From an uncultured Gemmatimonadales bacterium (GTDB taxonomy: Bacteria > Gemmatimonadota > Gemmatimonadetes > Palauibacterales > Palauibacteraceae), in the NCBI GenBank assembly GCA_963783385.1, contig CAWANJ010000009.1, forward strand, positions 864,001 through 928,000: a stretch of DNA of 64,000 nucleotides. Direction: 5' to 3'. The notes under the pieces are model-generated. The model was given only the letters and a program-made list of their open reading frames with translations, ran no database searches and was not told the DNA's origin. Position 1 is the first letter of the stretch. Every line of letters starts with the position of its first letter. A program made the translations under genes and the position numbers. This document shows, piece after piece, positions 35,424 to 45,969 of the stretch.

Positions 35424-38036
35424 ATGATCGACCTCGACCCCGTCCGACCCGGTCCGTCCCGGGTTCGCCGCCTCCTCCTCGCCGCCTGCACCCTCCTCCT
35501 CGGCCTCCTCCTCGCTCCGCCGGGCGCGGCCGCGGTCCGCGCGCAGGAGGCCGGACACGGCGGCGGCGAGGCCGAGGGTGCCAAGCCCCTGCCCACGATC
35601 GAGGTGAAGACGAAGGGCATGGAGCCCATGCCCGGCTACTTCGACCTGTACTGGGACGGCCAGGCCGACAAGCTCTACCTGGAGGTCGACCGTTTCGACC
35701 ACGAGTTCCTGTACCAGGAGTCACTGGCCACCGGGCTCGGCTCGAACCCGGTGGGCCTGGACCGGGGCCAGGAGGGCACGACCCGCGTCCTGGTGGCGAG
35801 GCGCGTGGGCCGCAGGATCCTGTTCGTCGAGCCCAACCTCGGCTACCGGGCGCGGAGCGGCAGCGAGGCCGAGAAGGCGGCCGTGCGCGAGGCGTTCGCG
35901 CCGGGCACCGTGTGGGGCTTCGACGCCGTGGCCCGCACGGGCGACCGGTGGCTGGTGGACGCGACGCCCTTCTTCATCCGCGACGCGCACGGGGTCGTCC
36001 AGACCCTGAAGCGCACGGACCAGGGCGACTTCAAGCTGGACGCGAGCCGCAGCACGATCTACCTGCCCCGCACGAAGGCGTTTCCGAAGAACACCGAGGT
36101 CGAGGCGTGGCTGACCTACACGAGTCCCCGGCCCGGGCCACTCGTGCGCCGAACGGCGGCCGACGCGGAGGCCGTGTCGCTGCGGGCCCACTATTCCCTC
36201 GTGCAGCTCCCCGACGACGGCTACCAGCCGCGCCGCGCGGACCCGCGCGTCGGGACCTTCGCGGTCGGCTTCCAGGACTACGCGGTGCCCATCGACCAGG
36301 ACATCCACGTGCGCTGGGCCACCCGTCACCTCCTGGTGAAGAAGGACCCGAACGCGGCCGTGTCCGAACCGGTGAAGCCGCTCGTCTACTACGTGGATCC
36401 AGGGATCCCCGAGCCCATCCGCAGCGCGGTCATGGAGGGGATCTCGTGGTGGTCGAAGGCGTTCGAGGCCGCCGGCTTCAAGAACGCCTTCCAGGTGAAG
36501 GTGCTGCCCGACAGCGCCGATCCCATGGATCTGCGCTACAACATCGTGCACTGGACGCACCGCCGGACGCGCGGCTGGTCGTACGGCGCCTCGGTGGTCG
36601 ACCCGCGCACGGGCGAGATCCTCAAGGCCAACGTCAACCTGGGCAGCCTGCGCCTGCGCCAGGACCACCTCATCGGGCAGGGGCTCGTGCCGAGCTACGC
36701 GGGAGCGGCGGCCGACGGTGCCGGGATGGGCACCGACGCCCGGGGCGTGGGCGGCTGCGACTACGGCGAGGGGCCCTCATTCGGCTACCTGGCCGACCTG
36801 GACCCGAACACGACCCCGACCGGGATGGCGCTGGCCCGCGTCCGCCAGCTGGCGGCGCACGAGGTCGGCCACACGCTCGGCCTGGCCCACAACTTCATGG
36901 CCAGCACCTACGGCCGGGCCAGCGTCATGGACTATCCGGCGCCGGCCGTGAACATCCGCGACGACGGCACGCTCGACCTGTCGGACGCGTACGGGGTGGG
37001 CGTGGGCGCCTACGACCTGTTCGCGATCAAGTGGCTGTACAGCCAGTTCCCGAAGGGCACCGACGAGGCCGCGGCCCTGGACTCGATCGTTCAGGACGGG
37101 CTGAGCAAGGGGTACGGCTTCATCACCGACGCCGACGCGCGGCCGGCCGGCGCGGCGCACCCGCTGGCCGCCCTGTGGGACAACGGCTCGAACCCCGTGG
37201 ACTACCTGGAGCACGAGCTCCAGGTCCGGAAGGTGGGGCTCGAGCACTTCGGTCCGGCCATGATCCGGAAGGGCGAGCCAATGGCCTCGCTCGAGTACGT
37301 GCTCGTCCCGCTCTACCTGCACCACCGCTACCAGCTCAACGCCGCCGCCCACAGCCTGGGAGGGGACGACTACCGCTTCGCCATGCGGGGCGACGGCCAG
37401 ACGCCGAACACGCCGGTGGCCCCGGCCGAGCAGGAGAAGGCGCTCCGGGAGATGCTCTCGACCCTGGAGCCCTCCTTCCTGGCGATCCCGAACCGCATCC
37501 TGGACCTGATCCCGCCACCGGCCTACGGGATGGCGCCCGGCGAGAGCTTCGATTCGCGCACGGCGCCGGTGTTCGACCCCCTGGGCGTGGCCGGCTCCTC
37601 GGCGCGCTTCACGCTGGACCTCATCCTCCAGCCGCAGCGCATGGCGAGGCTGGTGGCGCAGCACGCCCGCGACCCGAAGGAGCCCGGCCTGGCGCAGGTG
37701 CTGGACCGGACGCTGGACGCCACCTGGCGCGCCCCCGCCCCGGACGACGGTTACCGGCTCGCCATCCGCCGCACCGTGGACCGCGTCTTCCTGGACCGGC
37801 TCCTGGATCAGGCCGGTAGCGGCCAGAACACCGAGCTGGTGCGGGCCGAGCTCGACGCGGGGATCCGGTCCCTGCGCGACTGGCTGGCCGCGCGGCCCCA
37901 CCCGGATCCCGTGCAGGCCAAGGCGCTCGAGGACATCCAGCGCTGGATGGCGCGCCCCCAGGGCACCACGCCCCCGGCGACCGTCGAGCAGCTCCCGCCG
38001 GGCGACCCGATCGGCAGCGGTGGCGGCGGGCGCTGA
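35424..38036 (+). CDS. Zinc-dependent metalloprotease (DUF5117/EcxA-type metzincin), exported
   Basis: Signal peptide, DPRTGEI, HEVGHTLGLAH, SVMDY Met-turn. Confidence 0.9.
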   Translation: MIDLDPVRPGPSRVRRLLLAACTLLLGLLLAPPGAAAVRAQEAGHGGGEAEGAKPLPTIEVKTKGMEPMPGYFDLYWDGQADKLYLEVDRFDHEFLYQESLATGLGSNPVGLDRGQEGTTRVLVARRVGRRILFVEPNLGYRARSGSEAEKAAVREAFAPGTVWGFDAVARTGDRWLVDATPFFIRDAHGVVQTLKRTDQGDFKLDASRSTIYLPRTKAFPKNTEVEAWLTYTSPRPGPLVRRTAADAEAVSLRAHYSLVQLPDDGYQPRRADPRVGTFAVGFQDYAVPIDQDIHVRWATRHLLVKKDPNAAVSEPVKPLVYYVDPGIPEPIRSAVMEGISWWSKAFEAAGFKNAFQVKVLPDSADPMDLRYNIVHWTHRRTRGWSYGASVVDPRTGEILKANVNLGSLRLRQDHLIGQGLVPSYAGAAADGAGMGTDARGVGGCDYGEGPSFGYLADLDPNTTPTGMALARVRQLAAHEVGHTLGLAHNFMASTYGRASVMDYPAPAVNIRDDGTLDLSDAYGVGVGAYDLFAIKWLYSQFPKGTDEAAALDSIVQDGLSKGYGFITDADARPAGAAHPLAALWDNGSNPVDYLEHELQVRKVGLEHFGPAMIRKGEPMASLEYVLVPLYLHHRYQLNAAAHSLGGDDYRFAMRGDGQTPNTPVAPAEQEKALREMLSTLEPSFLAIPNRILDLIPPPAYGMAPGESFDSRTAPVFDPLGVAGSSARFTLDLILQPQRMARLVAQHARDPKEPGLAQVLDRTLDATWRAPAPDDGYRLAIRRTVDRVFLDRLLDQAGSGQNTELVRAELDAGIRSLRDWLAARPHPDPVQAKALEDIQRWMARPQGTTPPATVEQLPPGDPIGSGGGGR

Positions 38037-38206
38037 GCGCGTCCTCGTGAGACTCCCGCGCTCGGGCCGGTGAGCCCGACGGCGGCTTGCCGCCCGCGCC
38101 GGGGCGGGCGAAGTTGTGCCCGCCCCGGGGGCCGCCCGCTCGGCCCCTCGTCCGACCCGCCGCATCCCGCGCCGGAGCGCGCATTCCTCGAGGAGGCGGA
38201 GCACGC

Positions 38207-39730
38207 ATGAGCACCTCGACGTCCACGTCCGAAGTCACGGCGAGCTCGACCCGGCCCGGCGCGCCGCCCCGCGACGGCTTCTTCGGCCACCCGCGCGGGC
38301 TGGCGACGCTGTTCTTCACCGAGATGTGGGAGCGGTTCAGCTACTACGGCATGCGCGGCATCCTCATCCTGTTCATGGTCGACGCCGCGACCACGGGCGG
38401 CATGGGCCTCACCGACAAGCGGGCCGCGGCCATCTACGGCCTGTACACGGCGGGCGTCTACCTCCTGGCCCTGCCGGGGGGCTGGATCGCCGACCGCATC
38501 CTGGGCCAGCGCAGCGCCGTCTTCCTGGGCGGGGTCGTCATCGCCTGCGGGCACTTCAGCATGGCGATCCCCACCACCGGGACGTTCTTCCTGGGCCTGG
38601 CGCTCATCGTGATCGGCACCGGCCTCCTCAAGCCCAACGTGAGCTCCATCGTCGGGGACCTGTACCCCGAGGGCGGCGCCCGCCGCGACGCCGGCTTCTC
38701 GGTGTTCTACATGGGGATCAACCTCGGCGCCTTCGTGGGACCGATCATCTGCGGCTTCCTGGGCGAGAAGATCAACTGGCACCTGGGCTTCAGCGCCGCC
38801 GGAATCGGCATGGTGCTGGGCCTGATCCAGTACAAGCTCGGCGGCAAGTACCTGGGTGACTGCGGGTACATGGAGCCCGAGGAGGAGGCGCGACGACCGG
38901 CCGCGCTGCGCTGGCTCGTGGCCGGCCTGGCCGCGTTCGCCGCGATCGTCGTGGCGCTGGCGCTGCTCCAGGCCGGCGGCGCGATCCAGATCACCTTCGA
39001 GAAGGTGGCCGAGGGCGCGGCGTTCGTGATCATGGGCGTGGCGGTCCTCTACTTCGGCTCCGTGCTCGCCTTCGGCGAGCTCACGGGCGTACAGAAGAAG
39101 CGCGTGGTCGTGATCTTCCTCCTGTTCTTGGCGGCGGCGCTGTTCTGGTCGGGCTTCGAGCAGGCCGGCTCCTCCATGAACCTGTTCGCCGAACGGCTCA
39201 CGAACCGGACCGTGTTCGGGTGGCAGGCGCCGGCGAGCGCGCTCCAGGCCGTGAACCCCCTGTTCATCATCATATTCGCTCCCCTGTTCGGCTCCCTGTG
39301 GGTGTGGCTCAACGCCCGGAAGAGGGAGCCCTCGATCCCGGTCAAGTTCGGGATGGGACTCCTCCTCCTCGCGGTGAGCTTCCTGGTCATGACGTGGGCG
39401 GCCACCAACGCCAGCGAGACACACCGGGTGACGCCCTTCTTCCTCATCGCCGCCTACTTCTTCCAGACGTGTGGCGAGCTGTCGCTCAGCCCGGTCGGTC
39501 TCTCCAGCGTGACGAAGCTGGCTCCGAAGCGGCTGGTGAGTCAGATGATGGGCACCTGGTTCATGGGCTCGGCGCTCGGGAACCTGATCGCGGGACTGGT
39601 GGCCGGGCAGTTCCAGAGCGTTCCGCTCCCCGAGCTGTTCGGGCGGGTCGCCCTGTGGGCGGCGGCCGGAGGCTTCCTCATGCTGCTGTTCTTCAAGCCG
39701 ATCAAGAAGCTGATGGGCGGCGTGCGGTGA
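38207..39730 (+). CDS. POT/PTR proton-dependent oligopeptide transporter
   Basis: GHPRGL, EMWERFSYYGMR, GTGLLKPN, FYMGINLG, GELSLSPVG. Confidence 0.95.
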   Translation: MSTSTSTSEVTASSTRPGAPPRDGFFGHPRGLATLFFTEMWERFSYYGMRGILILFMVDAATTGGMGLTDKRAAAIYGLYTAGVYLLALPGGWIADRILGQRSAVFLGGVVIACGHFSMAIPTTGTFFLGLALIVIGTGLLKPNVSSIVGDLYPEGGARRDAGFSVFYMGINLGAFVGPIICGFLGEKINWHLGFSAAGIGMVLGLIQYKLGGKYLGDCGYMEPEEEARRPAALRWLVAGLAAFAAIVVALALLQAGGAIQITFEKVAEGAAFVIMGVAVLYFGSVLAFGELTGVQKKRVVVIFLLFLAAALFWSGFEQAGSSMNLFAERLTNRTVFGWQAPASALQAVNPLFIIIFAPLFGSLWVWLNARKREPSIPVKFGMGLLLLAVSFLVMTWAATNASETHRVTPFFLIAAYFFQTCGELSLSPVGLSSVTKLAPKRLVSQMMGTWFMGSALGNLIAGLVAGQFQSVPLPELFGRVALWAAAGGFLMLLFFKPIKKLMGGVR

Positions 39731-39740
39731 GCCGGCGCTG

Positions 39741-40000
39741 ATGGACGCCCGTCCGCGCCTGATGCCCCCGGGGCTCACGCGGCGTCAGCGCCGCGTGTAC
39801 GGCGCCGTGACGCTGTTCTTCATCATCGTGTTCTTCGCGCTGATGTGGCCCGTCTACCCGCTGTTCTCGGGCATCCGGCCCGTCGTCCTCGGGATGCCCT
39901 TTTCGCTCGTCTACCTGGTCGTCATCCTGGCCGTCTCCTTCCTGGTGCTCCTCGGCCTGTTCGCGTGGGAGGGCCGCGCCGACCGGCGGGACCGCTCCTG

Positions 40001-40001
<1 letters not shown>
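39741..40001 (+). CDS. Small 2-TM accessory subunit of the SSS transporter (DUF3311-like)
   Basis: WP...P.VLGMPF motif; TGATG overlap with the SSS gene. Confidence 0.75.
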
Positions 40002-41488
<1,487 letters not shown>

Positions 41489-41492
<4 letters not shown>

Positions 41493-42691
41493 CCGGCGGC
41501 GCTCTCGCCGCCGGCGGCTTTCCACGCGGCCGGCCACGCCCCGGCCAGCGCCTCGGCGATGTCGAGGGCCCGCTCCAGCTCCGACAGCTCCACCGACTCC
41601 CGGACGGTGTGGGCCAGGGCCTCTTCCCCGGGCCCGATTCCGATCACGGTGGAGCCGTGCGCCACGAAGTGGCCTCCGTCGGTGGCGAACTTCCACACGC
41701 CGACCGGCGGCCTCCGGCCCAGCGCCCGCTCGAGGACGTCGCCGGCCGTCACCACCGCGGGGTCGCCGGCGGCGCGCACCCAGGACGGGTTCACGGCCGG
41801 GACCTCCCGGACCAGCCCCGTCCACGTGGCGTGCTCGACCGCCGGCACGAGGATCTGGGCCGTGGCCCCCGGGACCGCCGCCGCCGCCTCCTCGAGCGCC
41901 GGGGCGAGCAGGGCACGGAGGATCTCGGGCGTCGTGTCGGGTCCGGTGCGCACGTCCAGGGTGAGCCACACCTCTCCCGGGACCACGTTGCGGCTCACCT
42001 GGTCGGTCCGGATCAGCGTCGGGGCCACCGACGTGGGGCCCAGCTCGGGGTCCTCGGGGAGGTCGACCGAAGGGAGCCGGTCGAGGAAGCCGGCCACCAC
42101 GTACAGCGGGTTCACGCCGCGCTCGGGCGCGCTGGCGTGGACGCTCCGGCCGGTGGAGTGGAGCCGGAGCTCGGTCCGCCCCCGGTGGCCGCGCCGCAGC
42201 TCGTTCGAGCTCGGCTCTCCGATCACCACGAGGTCGGTGGCGAGGCGCTCCGCCAGGTAGCGGGCTCCGAGCCCCCCGATCTCCTCCTGGACGACCGCGC
42301 TCACGTACACGTCGGACGGCGGGCGCGCCCCATTGGCCAGGAGGCGAGCGACGCCGTGCACCTGGGTCGCGAGCGGTCCCTTGATGTCCACGGCCCCTCG
42401 GCCCCACACGCGACCATCGGCGATCTCCCCGCCGAAGGGCGGGTGCGGCCAGCGACCCGGGTCCCCGACGTCGACGTGGTCCAGGTGGGTGTTGAACATC
42501 AGCGAGGGACGCCGCGCCTCGCCGCGCACCAGGCCGACCACGTTGCCGGCCTCGTCCACCGATACCTCGTCGTAGCCGAGCGCCTCCATCTCGTCCCGCA
42601 CGACGGCCGCCGTCCCCTCCTCCTCGCCCGGCAGTCCGGGCGTCCGGATGAGCCGCTGCAGGAAGTCGACGGTCCGGTCCAGATCGATCAT
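41489..42691 (-). CDS. M20 family metallo-amidohydrolase (ArgE/DapE/YgeY-like)
   Basis: NTHLDHV, GRGAVDIKG, VQEE, GEPS, HAS.PERG.N, AHTVRE; AGGAGG RBS. Confidence 0.9.
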
Positions 42692-42829
42692 GGTCCTCCT
42701 CGCATGCGTGTCGGCGCCGTTTCCGGGGCTCAACCTACGCCCCGCCCCGCCCCGGCGCCTCGTTGCGCATCCCTCGGTCCGCGTCCTAGCATCCCGGACC
42801 CGCGAACCCCGGATGGAGAGTCTCCCTCG

Positions 42830-44740
42830 ATGCGATCCGAGAACAGCCGCCGCGCCGCGGTCCTATGCGCCCTGGCACTCGCCGGCCTGCCGGGCGCCGC
42901 CCTGGCGCGGTCGCCGGGCGGGTCGTCGCCGGCGAGCACGACGCGGCCCGCCGCCGCTCCGCCCGTTCGCTACGAAATCCGCTTCCCGAACGCCGCCCAC
43001 CACGAGGCCGAGGTGAGCGTGACCTTCGCCGGCCTCGGGTCCGCACCGCTCGAGCTGCAGATGAGCCGTTCCTCGCCGGGCCGCTACGCGCTGCACGAGT
43101 TCGCCAAGAACGTGTACGGGCTGGCCGCCGCCGGGCCGGACGGGGAGGCCCTCTCCGTCGAGAAGGTCACCCCCTCCCGCTGGAGGGTGGCACGACACGG
43201 GGCGTCCGTCACCGTGCGCTACACGCTGTTCGGGGACCACGCGGACGGCACCTACCCGGGCATCGACCGCACCCACGCCCACCTCAACATGCCGGCCGCC
43301 TTCCTGTACGCGCGCGGGCTCGAGGACCGGCCCATCGTGATCACCTTCCGTCTCCCGGAGAGTTCGGGCTGGAAGGTGGGCACGCAGCTCGAGCCCACCT
43401 CGGACCCGGAGCGCTTCACCGCCCCCGACCTCCAGTACTTCATGGACAGCCCCACCGAGCTGTCCGACTTCGACGAGCGCGCCTGGCGGGAGCCCTCGGG
43501 GGACACCGCCTACACTATCCGACTGTTCGTCCACCACCGGGGCTCGAAACAGGACCTGGACCGCTACGAGTCCATGGTGAAGCGGATCGTCCGGGAGGAG
43601 AAGGCCGTGTTCGGGGAGCTGGCGCCGTACGACTACGGCACCTACACCTTCCTGGCCGGCTACCTGCCCTGGGTGTACGGGGACGGCATGGAGCACAGGA
43701 ACTCCACCTTCCTCACCAGCACGCGGCCCCTGGCCGATTCCGCCGACGCCGTCCGGGACCTGGGCGCCCTCGCGCACGAGTTCTTCCACTCGTGGAACAT
43801 GGAACGCATCCGCGACCGGGCCATCGAGCCCTTCGACTTCGCGCACGTGGACATGTCGGGGCTGCTGTGGTTCGGGGAGGGCTTCACGCAGTACTACGGG
43901 CAGATCGCCATGGAGCGGGCCGGATTCACCGGGCGGCGGGACTACCTGGACGGCCTGGCCCGCACGCTGGACTACGTGGTCGACTCCCCGGGGCGGAGGT
44001 TCCGGGGACCGATCGGGATGAGCCGCTACTCGCCCTTCGTGGACGCGGCCCGCTGGGTGGACCGCACCAACGCGCCCAACACGTTCATCTCCTACTACAG
44101 CTACGGGGCGGTGCTGGCCGCGGGGCTCGACCTCGAGCTCCGCACCCGCTACCACCTCACCCTGGACGACTACATGCGGGCCATGTGGAAGCGTTACGGG
44201 CTCACGGGGACCCCGTACACGCTGGAGGGCCTGCGCGCGACCCTGGGCCGGGTCACGGGCGACACGGCCTTCGCCCGTCACTTCTTCGCGGAGGAGATCG
44301 AGGGGCGCCGCCTCCCCGACTTCGCCGCGCTCCTCGGCCGGGCGGGGCTGCTGCTGCGCCCGGCGCACCCGGACCGGGCCACGCTCGGCGGCGCGCGGCT
44401 CGTGGTGGGAGACAGCGGCGTCCGGGTCGCCTCCGGCACCCTGATCGGCAGCCCCCTGTACGCCGCCGGGGTCGACATGGATGATGTGCTACTGGAAATG
44501 GACGGACGTAAGATACTGTATATACAGGATATCACCGGCGTCGTTTCCGCCCACGCGCCTGGCGACAGCGTCACCCTCATCTACGCCGCGCGCGACGGCC
44601 GGCACCGGGCCCGGGTGGCCCTCGCGGCCGACCCGTCGCGGGAGATCGTCCCCTTCGAGAAAGCCGGGCGGCCGGTCACGGACGCCATGCGCCGCCTGCG
44701 TGAGGCGTGGCTGGGGTCCGAGGTCTCCAGGGGCCCGTGA
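42830..44740 (+). CDS. M61 glycyl aminopeptidase with C-terminal PDZ
   Basis: Signal peptide, DGMEHRNS, HEFFHSWN, LWFGEGFTQYY, SYYSYG, PDZ-like GSPLYAAG. Confidence 0.92.
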   Translation: MRSENSRRAAVLCALALAGLPGAALARSPGGSSPASTTRPAAAPPVRYEIRFPNAAHHEAEVSVTFAGLGSAPLELQMSRSSPGRYALHEFAKNVYGLAAAGPDGEALSVEKVTPSRWRVARHGASVTVRYTLFGDHADGTYPGIDRTHAHLNMPAAFLYARGLEDRPIVITFRLPESSGWKVGTQLEPTSDPERFTAPDLQYFMDSPTELSDFDERAWREPSGDTAYTIRLFVHHRGSKQDLDRYESMVKRIVREEKAVFGELAPYDYGTYTFLAGYLPWVYGDGMEHRNSTFLTSTRPLADSADAVRDLGALAHEFFHSWNMERIRDRAIEPFDFAHVDMSGLLWFGEGFTQYYGQIAMERAGFTGRRDYLDGLARTLDYVVDSPGRRFRGPIGMSRYSPFVDAARWVDRTNAPNTFISYYSYGAVLAAGLDLELRTRYHLTLDDYMRAMWKRYGLTGTPYTLEGLRATLGRVTGDTAFARHFFAEEIEGRRLPDFAALLGRAGLLLRPAHPDRATLGGARLVVGDSGVRVASGTLIGSPLYAAGVDMDDVLLEMDGRKILYIQDITGVVSAHAPGDSVTLIYAARDGRHRARVALAADPSREIVPFEKAGRPVTDAMRRLREAWLGSEVSRGP

Positions 44741-45834
44741 GCTTCGACCTCCGGCACGATGTCCCGCTGGCGCCGCTCACCACCCTGGGGCTGGGCGGTC
44801 CGGCCTCGCACCTGGCCGACGCCGGGGACGCCGCTGGCGTGCGGGAGGCCCTCGATTGGAGCCGGGAGCGGGACGTCCCCGTCCTCATACTGGGGGGCGG
44901 CAGCAACGTGATCCTGCCCGACGCCGGCTTCGAGGGGCTCGTGCTCCGCGCCCGGGCGCCCGGCGTGTCCTTCGAAGAGGGAGCGGGGCGCGGGGAGGCG
45001 GCGGGACGGGTCGTGGTCAGGGCGGGAGCCGGCGTCTCGTGGGACGAGGTCGTCCGGGCCTCCGTCGAGCGCGGCCTCGTGGGCATCGAGTGCCTGTCCG
45101 GGATCCCGGGATGGTGCGGGGCGGCGCCCATGCAGAACATCGGGGCCTACGGCCAGGAGCTGGCCGAGACCCTGGTGGCCGTGACGGCCTACGACCGGGA
45201 CGACGGCGAGGTCGTGCGCCTTCCATCCGACGCCTGCGGCTTCGGCTACCGGACCAGCTGCTTCAAGGCCGCCGACCGCGACCGTTTCGTGATCCTCTCC
45301 CTCGAGCTCGCCCTCGCCCCGGACGCCCGGCCGCGACCGCGCTACCCGGAGCTGGCCGAGGCCGTGGCTCGCGAGGCTGACCTCGCCACCCTGTCGCCCG
45401 GGGAGGCCGTGCGGCTGGTGCGGGAGCGCGTCCTGGCCCTTCGGCGCGCCAAGTCCATGGTGATCGACCCGGACGACCCCGACACTCGCTCGGCCGGCTC
45501 CTTCTTCCTCAACCCGGTGCTCAGCGCCCGCGCCTTCGACGGCCTGGTCGAGAGGCTCGCGGAGCACGGCATCGCGGCCCCGGTCCCGTCCTACCCCTCC
45601 CCCGGCGGCGTGAAGGTCCCGGCGGCGTGGCTCGTCGAGCGCGCGGGTTTCCGCAAGGGCGAGCGCCGCGGGGGCGTCGGGATCTCGTCGGTGCACGCCC
45701 TGGCGCTGGTGAACCGGGACGGCACCGCCGCGGAGCTGCTCGAGCTCGCGGCGTCCATCCAGGACGCGGTAGAACGCATCTCCGGTCTGAGGCTGGAGAT
45801 CGAGCCCACCATCGTGGAGAATCCACCCGCCTGA
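44737..45834 (+). CDS. murB: UDP-N-acetylenolpyruvoylglucosamine reductase
   Basis: TTLGLGGPA, LGGGSN, GIPG..GAAPMQNIGAYG, FGYRTS, SAGSFFLNP, HALALVN, LEIEP. Confidence 0.95.
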   Translation: MSFDLRHDVPLAPLTTLGLGGPASHLADAGDAAGVREALDWSRERDVPVLILGGGSNVILPDAGFEGLVLRARAPGVSFEEGAGRGEAAGRVVVRAGAGVSWDEVVRASVERGLVGIECLSGIPGWCGAAPMQNIGAYGQELAETLVAVTAYDRDDGEVVRLPSDACGFGYRTSCFKAADRDRFVILSLELALAPDARPRPRYPELAEAVAREADLATLSPGEAVRLVRERVLALRRAKSMVIDPDDPDTRSAGSFFLNPVLSARAFDGLVERLAEHGIAAPVPSYPSPGGVKVPAAWLVERAGFRKGERRGGVGISSVHALALVNRDGTAAELLELAASIQDAVERISGLRLEIEPTIVENPPA

Positions 45835-45969
45835 TCGGACCGACCGGGAGCCCGGGCTGTACAGACGGTGCTGGCCCCTGTTCACTTGTGGCCGGATCAG
45901 ACCCGCCGCGGTGGCGGCGAAGCACGCCGCGCGGCGGACAGACGTTCCATCACACAGCGGCCACGAGCC

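Noticed and set aside
44514-44529. CTGTATATACAG as a LexA SOS box
   Set aside because: The spacing is CTG-N6-CAG, not the CTG-N10-CAG of the gammaproteobacterial box; kept only as an unassigned palindrome.
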